From: an uncultured Prevotella sp.
GTDB taxonomy: Bacteria; Bacteroidota; Bacteroidia; Bacteroidales; Bacteroidaceae
DNA: 64,000 nt
Assembly: GCA_905233425.1 (NCBI GenBank)
Contig: CAJOEC010000002.1
Coordinates: forward strand, 29,000 to 92,999
Reading direction: 5' to 3'
The position numbers were made by a program, and so were the translations under genes. The notes below the pieces were generated by a model. It did not search any database and had not been told where the DNA came from. It saw only the letters and a list, made by a program, of their open reading frames with translations. Shown here piece by piece: positions 17,484 through 26,755 of the stretch. The first letter of the stretch is position 1; every line of letters begins with the position of its first letter.

Positions 17484-20375
17484 ATGCTATATCAACTGAT
17501 ACACAACAAGCGGGAACAATGGCTACATTCAGAAGAGTGTACCGTACACTCGGTGATTGACTACATCGTTCAGCGTGGCATGATGCGTGACGCACAGGTT
17601 GAGGCTATCAAGACCTATCTCTATCTGAAAGTGAAATGCCGGAACAAGCCACTTTGGGAATTGTTCAGCGACGGCGAATTCAACACGCTCGACCTTGACC
17701 AACTATACATACCCGCTAAGGCACGTGCCGTCATGCTTCGCGACAAAGGCGTGGCAGCACTCTATGAATACGCCATCCAGCGCGACCGCGACGGCAGGGA
17801 GATAGCCCCCCGGCTGCGTGAATATATCAGCGAACATGCCGACGAGATAGATGCCCGGCTGGTGTTCCGCAACATCTTCTACGGTGTCAGCTATACCGAC
17901 TACCTCTTCTCGCTGCCCATGGGTGCGGGCAAGACCTTCCTGATGGCTGCTTTTATCTATCTCGACCTGTACTATGCCAAAGATGAGCCTGGCAACCCAG
18001 CCTTTGCCCATAACTTCATGGTTATGGTTCCCGCAGGGCTGAAGACCTCCATCCTGCCCAGTCTGAAGAACATACGTGACTTCGACCCGAGATGGATTCT
18101 GCCTGAACCTGATGCTTCCGCCATCAAGAGCATGATCAAGTTCGAAGTCCTCGACGAGGTGAAGCCTGGCAGGAAAACAACCGTGGTGCGCAACCCCAAC
18201 GCCCATAAAATCAGCCTTCATCTGGCCAAGCACGACCTGATGGGACTTGTGGCCGTGACCAATGCCGAGAAGGTGAACCTGGACCTTGTTGACAAACAGG
18301 TTGCCCCTGGTATAATCGTGTCTGAAGAAATGAAAGCTGAGAGGGAAAAAGTCCGCGTGGCCAACGAGTTGCGCGACATCATTGAGCGCATTCCCCGGCT
18401 GGCAATCTTCATCGACGAGGTGCATCACGCTGGCGGTGAGCAGAAGCTGCGCGAGGTGGTGAACCAATGGAGCGACAGCCGGAATTTCTGTGGTATGTTG
18501 GGCTTCTCAGGCACTCCCTATTTGGAGACAGCCAAGAAAATAAGCGTGGGGGTGGATGCCGACGTGAAGAACAAGGAGTTCAACAACGTGGTTTATTACT
18601 ACCCGCTGGCTTCGGGCATTGACAACTTTCTGAAGCACCCTTCGGTATATCGCACCGACAACGACCAGCTGGCCATTATCCGCGAGGGTATCAGCATGTT
18701 TATCGACCAGTATTGGGATATGCGCTACGCCAACGGCACCCAGCCCAAACTGGCCATCTATTGCGGACAGGTGACGACGCTCGAAGAGACCATCTACCCC
18801 TACGTTGTGAATCTGCTCATGGAGCGGGGACTGGATACTGAGACCGTATTGAAATATCACAAGGGCAGCACTGGAAAAGGCCGAAAGAAATACCCTGAGC
18901 CAGAAGGAGCCGCCCTGGAGTTTGCCATCCTCGACACACTCCAGTCGTACAAGCGCATCGTTCTATTAGTGCAGATTGGCAAGGAGGGATGGGACTGCAA
19001 GAGTCTGGCCGGCGTCATCCTGCCCCACGAGGGATCATGTCCGAAGAACATGGTGCTGCAGACCTCATGCCGTTGTCTCCGCCAGGTGGACCGTGGCGCC
19101 AAGGAGGAGGCAGTCATCTGGCTCAACAACAGCAACTACAAGACGCTCGACGACCAGTTGAAGAAGCAGCAGAACACATCGGTAAACGAGCTGACCAGCC
19201 GCCGCGAGCCTACTGAGGTAAAGATTGAGCGCCATTCGCGCATGGATTTCCTCAGAGTGCCGGAGATAGACTTCTATCAGCTGCACGTGAACTACGACAC
19301 ACCCATCATAGAGAAGGAGAACAACGTAGGTGAACGGCTCAATAGTCCAGACATACTGCAAAAGGCCGACGAGAGCGTTGTCTATAAGCACGACTTCACT
19401 TCGAGTAGTGCCATCGACACCCTGATGTTGCGTAGTGACGAGGTGGAGTACACCACATTCAACCAATGGCTCTTTACCATCGCCAAAGAGAGTTTCGGAA
19501 CGCTCACCATGCAGGAGCTTCGGAAATATAGAAGTCAGCTTCGGCTTATTTTTGACACTATCACCGAGGCCGACGAGACAGGCATCCGTCTTCTCAACGA
19601 CTACAACCAAGCTGCCGTACGTTCCCGCATCCGCCAATGCTTCATCCCTCTGCGCGACTATCACGAGGCCGACAGTTGCGAAGAGGTACATTTCAGTCTG
19701 GTGAAGCAAGGACAGCCCACGTCGCCCTGCGAAACTACCGAGCAGAACAAGTACTATCCAAATAAGGATGTGGTAAAGGAAATCATCAGTTGGGACGCAA
19801 ACCCCAAGGACAAACCGCTGACTCCCGAAGTAGAGGCCTTGCTGAAACAGTTGGAGGCTCTGGGACAAGACACGTCATCCATGCGTCCACAATCCGACCC
19901 ATATCCAGAGCGCAAGCGCACCTACCACTATCTGCCCTACCGCTTCGACGTTGATTATGAGTGCCGTACATTCTTAGAGATGCTGAACAAGGATTATGTC
20001 AAAGACCTCGGCCTTGAACTCTATTTCAACGGCGATGAGAACGTGACCGATTTCTATATCCATTGCTACCACTATGACGGCCACCATTGGACGGACTTGG
20101 GCAACTACTATCCTGACTTCCTGCTGATAAAGCGTCGTGAGGACAAAATCCATAAGGTGATGATTGTAGAGACCAAGGGCGGCATCTATGCTGATAAGTT
20201 TGCGCTGCGCAAGCAGTTTATGGAGGGGCCTTTCCTTGTGGAGAACAACCATAAACATTTCAAATACGACCGTTTTGCCTTCCTCTATTTGGAGGACACG
20301 CTCAGTCGTGATGAGCGGTCAAGGAAGATGGACACAGCAATCAAGGAGTTTTTCAACGACAAACAAGAACAATAG
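17484..20375 (+). CDS. Type III restriction enzyme Res-like subunit (SF2 helicase plus C-terminal PD-(D/E)xK nuclease)
   Basis: Walker A LPMGAGKTF, DEAH-type FIDEVHH, motif III FSGTP, Res-typical EGWD, QTSCRCLRQ. C-terminal YYPDF..(17 aa)..ETKG is a nuclease-like motif. Confidence 0.8.
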   Translation: MLYQLIHNKREQWLHSEECTVHSVIDYIVQRGMMRDAQVEAIKTYLYLKVKCRNKPLWELFSDGEFNTLDLDQLYIPAKARAVMLRDKGVAALYEYAIQRDRDGREIAPRLREYISEHADEIDARLVFRNIFYGVSYTDYLFSLPMGAGKTFLMAAFIYLDLYYAKDEPGNPAFAHNFMVMVPAGLKTSILPSLKNIRDFDPRWILPEPDASAIKSMIKFEVLDEVKPGRKTTVVRNPNAHKISLHLAKHDLMGLVAVTNAEKVNLDLVDKQVAPGIIVSEEMKAEREKVRVANELRDIIERIPRLAIFIDEVHHAGGEQKLREVVNQWSDSRNFCGMLGFSGTPYLETAKKISVGVDADVKNKEFNNVVYYYPLASGIDNFLKHPSVYRTDNDQLAIIREGISMFIDQYWDMRYANGTQPKLAIYCGQVTTLEETIYPYVVNLLMERGLDTETVLKYHKGSTGKGRKKYPEPEGAALEFAILDTLQSYKRIVLLVQIGKEGWDCKSLAGVILPHEGSCPKNMVLQTSCRCLRQVDRGAKEEAVIWLNNSNYKTLDDQLKKQQNTSVNELTSRREPTEVKIERHSRMDFLRVPEIDFYQLHVNYDTPIIEKENNVGERLNSPDILQKADESVVYKHDFTSSSAIDTLMLRSDEVEYTTFNQWLFTIAKESFGTLTMQELRKYRSQLRLIFDTITEADETGIRLLNDYNQAAVRSRIRQCFIPLRDYHEADSCEEVHFSLVKQGQPTSPCETTEQNKYYPNKDVVKEIISWDANPKDKPLTPEVEALLKQLEALGQDTSSMRPQSDPYPERKRTYHYLPYRFDVDYECRTFLEMLNKDYVKDLGLELYFNGDENVTDFYIHCYHYDGHHWTDLGNYYPDFLLIKRREDKIHKVMIVETKGGIYADKFALRKQFMEGPFLVENNHKHFKYDRFAFLYLEDTLSRDERSRKMDTAIKEFFNDKQEQ

Positions 20376-20381
20376 AACATT

Positions 20382-22319
20382 ATGGCAGTAAAATATATCC
20401 CATTCAGTCCAAACATCCTGCAAGGGCAGGCAGTACTCGACAATTTTGTGCGCACCCAGCGCATCCTGCGCTATAAGGGTGACAGCGAGGTGGAAGCCAG
20501 CATACGGCGCGGGATGCCCCTCTACGAAGTGAAGGAAAAGGAGCCACACGGCGACCACGCAGCCGATAACATGATTATCCGTGGCGAGTGCGTGTCGGCC
20601 TGTGCTTATCTGAAAGATCGTGGCATCACGGTTGATCTCGTTTATATTGACCCGCCTTTCGCCTCGGGTGCCGACTATGCCAAGAAGGTCTATGTGCGCC
20701 GTAATCCCAAAGTGGCTGATGCCATCCGGCAGGCTGAGGAGGAACTTGACATCGAAGAGATGAAGACCTTTGAGGAAAAGATGTATGGCGACATCTGGAA
20801 CAAGGAGGACTACCTGAACTGGATGTACACCAACCTTATGGCCATCCGAAGCGTCATGAGCGAACGGGCAAGCATCTATGTGCATCTTGACTATCATATA
20901 GGGCACTATGTGAAGATTCTGATGGACGAGATTTTCGGTGAGGAGAATTTCAGGAATGAGATAATATGGCATTACACAAATAAAATGAGTGGAAGTAGCG
21001 ATCCGAAAGATTTTGTTTGTGAACATGATACAATTTTTCGCTATTCAAAGAGTGATGAATGTATTTACTGTGTCGTTAAAGAAGAAAGAGATGTGCCAGT
21101 CTTACAGAGCAAACGTGTAAAGGTTGACGGTAAAAACATGCGTGCACGTGATGAAAATGGCAATATTATTTATGAAGAATCTACAGACAAAAAGGTGAAG
21201 GATGTATGGACTATTCCATATATCGCTTCAACTGACTCACAACGTGTTGATTATGCCACCCAAAAGCCCGAAGCCCTTCTTGAGCGTATCATCAAAGCCA
21301 GCAGCGACGAAGGAATGCTGGTGGCCGACTTTTTCGGAGGCAGCGGGGTTACAGCAGCTGTAGCGAACAAGTTAGAGCGAAGGTTCATTCATGGTGATAT
21401 AGGTATAAACAGTATTCAGGTGGCACGAGACCGTCTGGTAGAGGCAGGTGCCAGCTTCACCCTTCTGGAGGTGAACGACGGCATCAACCTGTTCCGCAAC
21501 CCGCAGCAGACCAACGACAAACTGCTGGAACTGACGGGAGTCAGCCAGAACGCTTCCCTCGACAGTTTCTGGGCTGGCAGCATCAACGACAGCCAGATGG
21601 GCATGGTGCCCGTCTTTCTGCCAAACTTCCTGCCCGGCAAACAACCCATGATAGACGAAGCCTTCCTCAATCAGCTCATTCACGGCAAACTGGGCACTTT
21701 GCCCGACGGAACACGAAAAGTCATCGTCTATTATGTGGATAGCATCCCCAAGGAGCAGCGTGAGGCTTTCGTGCACGAACAGAATATCTACGTGAACATC
21801 GACGTGGAGTTCCGCGACCTGAAACCCTTGCTCGACCAGGTGGTGGTCAGCGACGAAGCCGACTTCACCCTCCAGGAAGTGCAACCCGAGGGGCAGGTGT
21901 TCCCCGTGTGGCAACTACGCATGAACAGTTTCGTAAGCGACCGCGTATTGCAGAAAATCAATGCCGTCAACGAGACCCGCCATGCCCAATATCTGAAAAA
22001 ACTTAACGAATATCGTAGCCATATTGAGGAAAGCCAGCTGAAGAGCAAGAAGGAACCCACCTTCACCCGTATCGACATCAGCGAAGAGGGATTAGAGACC
22101 ATCGAATGGCTTTCGCTTGACTGCGAAGAGGCCGACATCAACGCGCCCTGGCACAGCACCGTGGAAGTGAAGATTGACCGTGCGGGCTACGTCACCCGCA
22201 ACGGAAAGAAAACCGGCACGCTTTGGGACGGCACAATCGCAACCGACGACAATGCCCGAAAGCCATTGCGCCTGATGGTGCGAAACATCTGCGGCGACGA
22301 GACAATATTTCTTTTATAA
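20382..22319 (+). CDS. Type III Mod-like N6/N4 DNA methyltransferase (beta class) with ~300-aa C-terminal extension
   Basis: Motif [18 protein letters not shown] precedes motif [12 protein letters not shown]. Contains the Mod-typical block [17 protein letters not shown]. Start lies 6 nt after the Res stop. Confidence 0.8.
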   Translation: MAVKYIPFSPNILQGQAVLDNFVRTQRILRYKGDSEVEASIRRGMPLYEVKEKEPHGDHAADNMIIRGECVSACAYLKDRGITVDLVYIDPPFASGADYAKKVYVRRNPKVADAIRQAEEELDIEEMKTFEEKMYGDIWNKEDYLNWMYTNLMAIRSVMSERASIYVHLDYHIGHYVKILMDEIFGEENFRNEIIWHYTNKMSGSSDPKDFVCEHDTIFRYSKSDECIYCVVKEERDVPVLQSKRVKVDGKNMRARDENGNIIYEESTDKKVKDVWTIPYIASTDSQRVDYATQKPEALLERIIKASSDEGMLVADFFGGSGVTAAVANKLERRFIHGDIGINSIQVARDRLVEAGASFTLLEVNDGINLFRNPQQTNDKLLELTGVSQNASLDSFWAGSINDSQMGMVPVFLPNFLPGKQPMIDEAFLNQLIHGKLGTLPDGTRKVIVYYVDSIPKEQREAFVHEQNIYVNIDVEFRDLKPLLDQVVVSDEADFTLQEVQPEGQVFPVWQLRMNSFVSDRVLQKINAVNETRHAQYLKKLNEYRSHIEESQLKSKKEPTFTRIDISEEGLETIEWLSLDCEEADINAPWHSTVEVKIDRAGYVTRNGKKTGTLWDGTIATDDNARKPLRLMVRNICGDETIFLL

Positions 22320-22335
22320 AAATATTGTGACGGCC

Positions 22336-23310
22336 TTAGTCGCGATAGAACCAAGAGAAGATGCGGTTTATCCAGCCTATAGAGCATTGGAACCATCGGT
22401 AGGTGCTGGTGGGCTTACCGCCGAAGCGGAGGATAAACTCTCGGAACTTGTTTTTCTGGAACGGCAGTCCCACGTCCATGAAGAAGATGTGCTCACAGCC
22501 CTGCTCGTATGAGGTTTTTATGGCGTGCCAGATGGTGAGCACATCGGGGCTGAGCCACACGAAAGTCTTTCTTCTGTAGGCAGCATACCACAGGTAGGCC
22601 TGCCCCTGGCTGTATGCCACCGCCGAGCAGCCCACCACTCGTCCTCGGTAGCGTGTCAGGAACAGCCGTCCGTTCTCCTTGTGGAGACGGCGGAAGAACT
22701 CTTCTGCAGGTATGAAGCGCTTTGGCTTCATCCAGTTGTGGTGGCGCAAAAGTTTGTGGAAGGCATGCAAATCGGCATCGTCTTTCACCTCGTCGGTCAC
22801 GATGCCACGTTGGTATGCAAGGTTGATGCGCTGCTGCAGACGCTCGCTGATGCGCTCCTCAGGAGTTCGTGAGTGGAGTGAGTTGTGTATGCTCATCCAC
22901 CTGACGGGGAAATAATTGTTTTCGCGGAACTGCTTGTAACCGGCCATCTTCGTCGAGAGGTTGCTGAACTCGGTGTAGAGAATCCATCGCCCCAGCTTCT
23001 CAGTAAGTGCCTTCAGCATAAGCCCGAAAAGCTCGTAGCGTGGGCTTTCATCGTCATAGACACCCTCGCCATGCACGCGGCAGTGGCGGTAGAGATAGGG
23101 CGGCAGCCACGACGAGCGGTAGCGGACAACGGCAACCATCTGTCCCACGACGATGCCCTTGGCGGTCTCTGCTGTCACAAGGTACGGCTTTTGGCGCGGA
23201 GTGGCATGGCACAGCTCGAAGAACTGGGGGCTGTGGAAGAAATTGTCAGTACGCAAACTGTCGGGAAACGTACATGGCTGTGTGTATATGTGTACCGTGA
23301 ACTGGGGCAT
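22336..23310 (-). CDS. FemAB/GNAT-like (Acetyltransf_6-type) acyl- or aminoacyl-transferase, cytoplasmic
   Basis: Start set at MPQFTVHIY.. (ATG 23310), because the track ORF extension overlaps the upstream gene. The call rests on overall resemblance to FemAB-like GNAT proteins (..YLWYAAY.., ..FILRFGGKP..), from recall only. Confidence 0.45.
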   Translation of the reverse strand: MPQFTVHIYTQPCTFPDSLRTDNFFHSPQFFELCHATPRQKPYLVTAETAKGIVVGQMVAVVRYRSSWLPPYLYRHCRVHGEGVYDDESPRYELFGLMLKALTEKLGRWILYTEFSNLSTKMAGYKQFRENNYFPVRWMSIHNSLHSRTPEERISERLQQRINLAYQRGIVTDEVKDDADLHAFHKLLRHHNWMKPKRFIPAEEFFRRLHKENGRLFLTRYRGRVVGCSAVAYSQGQAYLWYAAYRRKTFVWLSPDVLTIWHAIKTSYEQGCEHIFFMDVGLPFQKNKFREFILRFGGKPTSTYRWFQCSIGWINRIFSWFYRD

Positions 23311-23349
23311 TGAGAGTTGAGGGTTGAGGGTTGAGATTTGAGAGTTTAG
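23311..23349. repeat. (RGTTGAG)5 heptamer array forming the whole spacer between two operon genes
   Basis: tgag agttgag ggttgag ggttgag atttgag agtttag. It contains the stop codon (23346-23348) of the upstream beta-barrel gene and abuts start codon 23310. Confidence 0.85.
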
Positions 23350-25094
23350 AAATTGCAGCCTACGGACAGGGTGGCAGTTGTGCGGTCGCAGCCTTGGCTG
23401 TAGTCGTTTGTGTTGTTTGCCTTGCGATGGCTGATGTCGGCACGGATGAAGGTGCGAATAGTGGCAAAGGAGGGTACGAATGAGTATTTCACCGAACCTC
23501 CAATCTCGTACTGTGCTGCCGTGAGCCACTGGTATTCGCGCCATAGGAAGGCATCCATGGTGGCGGGTGGCTCCTGCTTTTCGCTGGGCGTCTGGTAGGT
23601 CAGATCCTCGAAGGGCTGGCCACTGCCTTCGAGGAACGAGGCGTGGAGGGCGAGGGTCCAGTACCCTGAGGAGAAGAAGCGGGAACGTTGGCTATTATGG
23701 GTCACAGCGATGTTGTGGCAAACACAGACGAAGGGTTCCTTGCTCGTGAGCCTCTGGCGGCGGACGAAGGGGAAAGAGTAGGCCGTCTGCTTGCGATGGT
23801 GCCAGTTGAGGCCGGCTTGTAGGGTCCAAAGAGGGAGGCTGTAGATGCCGAGGTCGGCGGTAAGGGCGACGGTGCCGTCAACCCACAGCTTGTTGGCGGT
23901 CTTTACGGGGGTGTAGTATTCGTAGTAGGTTGCACCTTGCTCGTTTTGCAGTTCGCGGTAGTTGGAGGCATCGTTGCGGAGGTTCTCGGCATTGAAGGAG
24001 AGGTCGAGGGAGAACTCCGACCCGTGACCATTGAGGAAGGAGAGGCGGGCGTCGTAGTGGTAGATGTCGCTCTCATGGCCGGTGTAGGTGATGGTGTAGG
24101 GTGAGGGACGGCCATAATAGCCACGGCGATGGGCGTATGTGAAAGAGTTGTAGAATCTGAAAGGGGAGGGATGAGAAAGGAGAAATAAGAGGGGATTCTT
24201 ACTTGGCGATATGGAGAACTGGACTGACATACCGTTGTAGTCGCTGACGAGGGGCATTTCGCGGCTCTTGTCGGTGAAGCCGCTGTTGCCAAACTGCTCA
24301 ACGTGGCCCATGAAGTTGGCGTAGGCGATGAGCGAGTTGTAAACCTTGTCGTTCTTTCCGTATGTGCTGAACTGAACGCTCTCCGTGGTGCGGTGGTAGA
24401 GGTAGTTGGCACCGATGCTCAGCGTGGTGTTTCTTGTGATGGCAAGCGGCAGGAGAAAGCCAGCGGTGAGATTCATGTCCATCAGCTTGTTCTTGTGACG
24501 CAAGTCCTTGTATTTGGCATAGTTGGCGGCGGTGTAGTCAAGACGTGCGCCGAGGGAGAAGCCTTTGCAGAGGTCGTAGCCCAGGGCACCGGTGAGGCGG
24601 TAGGTGTCCAGGTGTTTTGTGCCGGGGTTGGTGAGTGAGTCTTCAACTATATCGAAGGGTATGTGGCGTGAGAGATGGGAGTTGAGGAGTCCCGAAGCTG
24701 ACGCTTCGAGCACAGTGGCTATTGAGGGCTGGGAGTTGATGAAGGCGGAGCCGGTCATGTCGTGGCCCGAGAAGTTGGTGTAGCTGATTGCACCGTAGAC
24801 GACGGCGCGGGGGGTTAGGCGGAAGAAGCTCTCCACCGAGGCGCCGGCGGTGAGGTCGTCGGGCGAGCCGTTGTAGTCCACGTGCCCGCCCTTGGCCTTT
24901 GTCAGCCACAGAATGGCCTCGGCACTGTTGGCAGAGTTGTAGCGTGTCAGGGCTGAGGCGTTGGCCGATGTGAGCCAGGGGTCGTTGCGTTTTATCTCCG
25001 ACATGGGGACGTATGAACATGAGTCTTCGGCATGGACGTGAAGGGCCATGCAGAAGAGTAGGGCAATGATTGTCGTGTGTGCCTTCATGTCCAT
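23346..25094 (-). CDS. Large outer-membrane beta-barrel protein (DUF6850-like)
   Basis: Signal peptide (..LLFCMALHVHA), alternating beta-strand pattern, C-terminal ..LSVGCNF. It sits after a TonB receptor and a DUF4876-like gene, as in the recurrent Bacteroidales triad. Confidence 0.55.
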   Translation of the reverse strand: MDMKAHTTIIALLFCMALHVHAEDSCSYVPMSEIKRNDPWLTSANASALTRYNSANSAEAILWLTKAKGGHVDYNGSPDDLTAGASVESFFRLTPRAVVYGAISYTNFSGHDMTGSAFINSQPSIATVLEASASGLLNSHLSRHIPFDIVEDSLTNPGTKHLDTYRLTGALGYDLCKGFSLGARLDYTAANYAKYKDLRHKNKLMDMNLTAGFLLPLAITRNTTLSIGANYLYHRTTESVQFSTYGKNDKVYNSLIAYANFMGHVEQFGNSGFTDKSREMPLVSDYNGMSVQFSISPSKNPLLFLLSHPSPFRFYNSFTYAHRRGYYGRPSPYTITYTGHESDIYHYDARLSFLNGHGSEFSLDLSFNAENLRNDASNYRELQNEQGATYYEYYTPVKTANKLWVDGTVALTADLGIYSLPLWTLQAGLNWHHRKQTAYSFPFVRRQRLTSKEPFVCVCHNIAVTHNSQRSRFFSSGYWTLALHASFLEGSGQPFEDLTYQTPSEKQEPPATMDAFLWREYQWLTAAQYEIGGSVKYSFVPSFATIRTFIRADISHRKANNTNDYSQGCDRTTATLSVGCNF

Positions 25095-25104
25095 TGTCTT
25101 TTCG

Positions 25105-26352
25105 TTATCTTCTTGACATGATTGTTATCACTGTTGAAATGTCGGCCACGTCGACGGTGCCGTCGCCATTGACGTCTGCGGAGATGGTGTCGAGAGTTGA
25201 GGGTTGTGAGTTGAGTGATGCCATGACGCTGATAATGGCCGAGATGTCGGCGACATCAACGACACCATCTACATTGACATCGCCTTTCACAGGCTCCACA
25301 ACCTGTGGGTGATAGTCGCGCAGCGAGCAGCGCAAACGCTCGTGGAAGTCGTTTCTCGAGTCGTTCCAGTCGCGGTAGACAATGTGCGCACCCTTCAGTA
25401 TGCTCTCCTCGGCGTCGATGCCCGACGGGTCGGTGCTGCCGTCGGTGCCCAATGAGTAGTTATAGACAAGTTTGCCCTTGTTCTCGGCCAATGCCTCGGT
25501 CATCTCCTTGTCAACGTTGCGGTAGAGCGAGTGCCCCAGCCTGTTAGTCAGACAGACATATCCGGCGTCGATGTCGGCTGTGAGCCGCTTCTTGCAGCTC
25601 TCTATCTTCGCTCCGTTGAACACCTCCACGCCGTCGATGATCCATTCCACGGGCACCATGACGTTGGCATTGATGGCATCGTGGGCCTCGCCGGGGGCAT
25701 ACCAGAGGTTGTCGGGATTGTTGCCGAAATCGACTGGCGAAACGTCCTCTGTACAGAAGAGGAACAGTGCCGGCGACGTTGTGCTCAGGGGCCATGAGTT
25801 GGCCTGTCCGTACTTCACGGCCTTGAGATAGTGGGTGTCAGGGATAACGTCTGACGGGGTGGGGTAGTACATGGTGTTGAAGTAGCCGCTCTCAGGGTCG
25901 TACATGCAATAGTACTCCTTGAAGGCGTAGTTCACCGACTGCGAGTAGGTCTTGGTGTTGTCGATGGCCCCATGAACATTGACAACGACCTGCTGGAACG
26001 GCTCGATGACGAGCGTCGAGGGGAAATACCAGATGCCGTTCCGGGCGGGGATGAAACCTTCGTCTTCGTAGACCAGAATGCCTTCCCTGTCGTAGATTCT
26101 GTCTATGCTGTTTGCCTCGGCGTTGTAGGGGGTGGCAAATCCTAAGCAGAGGTTTGTCGCCACCACCAGTTCGGGGCAGTTGTTGTAGAGCACAATGCTC
26201 TTGTCCATGTGGAAGACGTCGCTGCCCTCGTCTTTCGGACATCCGCCACAATAGATTTCCTTGATGACTATCTGGTCGGCGTTCTGGTCGGTCTGAGCCC
26301 CTGCATGGACGGTTGACAATAAACAAGCGATAAACAATAAAATCTGTTTCAT
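25105..26352 (-). CDS. Secreted DUF4876-like protein with C-terminal dockerin-type double Ca-binding repeat
   Basis: Signal peptide. C-terminus GDVNVDGVVDVADISAIISVM..ADVNGDGTVDVADISTVITIM fits the duplicated dockerin DxNxDGxxxxxD F-hand pattern. The N-terminal family call is from recall. Confidence 0.55.
   Translation of the reverse strand: MKQILLFIACLLSTVHAGAQTDQNADQIVIKEIYCGGCPKDEGSDVFHMDKSIVLYNNCPELVVATNLCLGFATPYNAEANSIDRIYDREGILVYEDEGFIPARNGIWYFPSTLVIEPFQQVVVNVHGAIDNTKTYSQSVNYAFKEYYCMYDPESGYFNTMYYPTPSDVIPDTHYLKAVKYGQANSWPLSTTSPALFLFCTEDVSPVDFGNNPDNLWYAPGEAHDAINANVMVPVEWIIDGVEVFNGAKIESCKKRLTADIDAGYVCLTNRLGHSLYRNVDKEMTEALAENKGKLVYNYSLGTDGSTDPSGIDAEESILKGAHIVYRDWNDSRNDFHERLRCSLRDYHPQVVEPVKGDVNVDGVVDVADISAIISVMASLNSQPSTLDTISADVNGDGTVDVADISTVITIMSRR
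25195..25215. repeat. Three RGTTGAG-type heptamers (21 bp) between the two dockerin repeats
   Basis: agttgag ggttgtg agttgag. On the gene strand it encodes ..LNSQPST.. Confidence 0.6.
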
Positions 26353-26365
26353 ATTTTCTTTGTTT

Positions 26366-26755
26366 TTAATGTACTACTCTTTTGCGTGACGATTTCAGTG
26401 TGATGTCAGCGTGGTTGGTGCTGTCGGGGTCTACGATGATCATGCTCTTTACTCCGTTGAAGTTGTATCGCCACCAAGTCGCGGTAGTGCTGTCGAGGAA
26501 CTGCGCGGTGGAGCTGGCCTCGTAGATGCCGGGCGTGACGGTGAAGCGTGTTGTGCCGTTAGCGTCGGTGGAATCGACGAAGATGGCGTTGCGGCCAATG
26601 CTACGCAGCTCCACGCGGGCGCCGGCGTACGGCTCAATGGTGTTCTCCGGGTATTGCAGCTGCACGGTGAGGGTGCAGAGGTCGAGCTCCTCGGAATAGG
26701 AACAGGAGGTAAGCACCGTAAGGCATATTGTCTTTATTATTGAGGTGGCTTTCAT
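26366..26755 (-). CDS. Small lipoprotein with carboxypeptidase-regulatory/Ig-like beta-sandwich
   Basis: Start MKATSIIKTICLTVLTSC (lipobox) at 26755, overlapping the upstream receptor stop by 4 nt (ATGA). ..GARVELRS..TDANGTTRFTVTPGIYE.. resembles CarboxypepD_reg-type folds. Confidence 0.55.
   Translation of the reverse strand: MKATSIIKTICLTVLTSCSYSEELDLCTLTVQLQYPENTIEPYAGARVELRSIGRNAIFVDSTDANGTTRFTVTPGIYEASSTAQFLDSTTATWWRYNFNGVKSMIIVDPDSTNHADITLKSSRKRVVH

Noticed and set aside
17400-22330. R-M island as part of a prophage, ICE or integrative element
   Set aside because: There is no integrase, recombinase, tRNA attachment site or flanking direct repeats. Only composition and the accessory nature of the genes suggest horizontal origin.
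22336-23544. Track ORF start giving a 402-aa FemAB-like protein; similar N-terminal extensions at 16278-17369, 26366-27085, 29827-30381, 30402-31289, 40778-41425 and 51014-52219
   Set aside because: The extensions overlap upstream genes or run through promoter-like AT-rich DNA. Internal ATGs give N-termini that match the families or provide proper signal peptides.
25108-25290. Dockerin as evidence for a cellulosome linked to the nearby beta-glucan PUL
   Set aside because: There is no cohesin or scaffoldin in the window. The dockerin-bearing protein belongs to a different operon 10 kb away with no glycoside hydrolase motif, so the link would be pure speculation.
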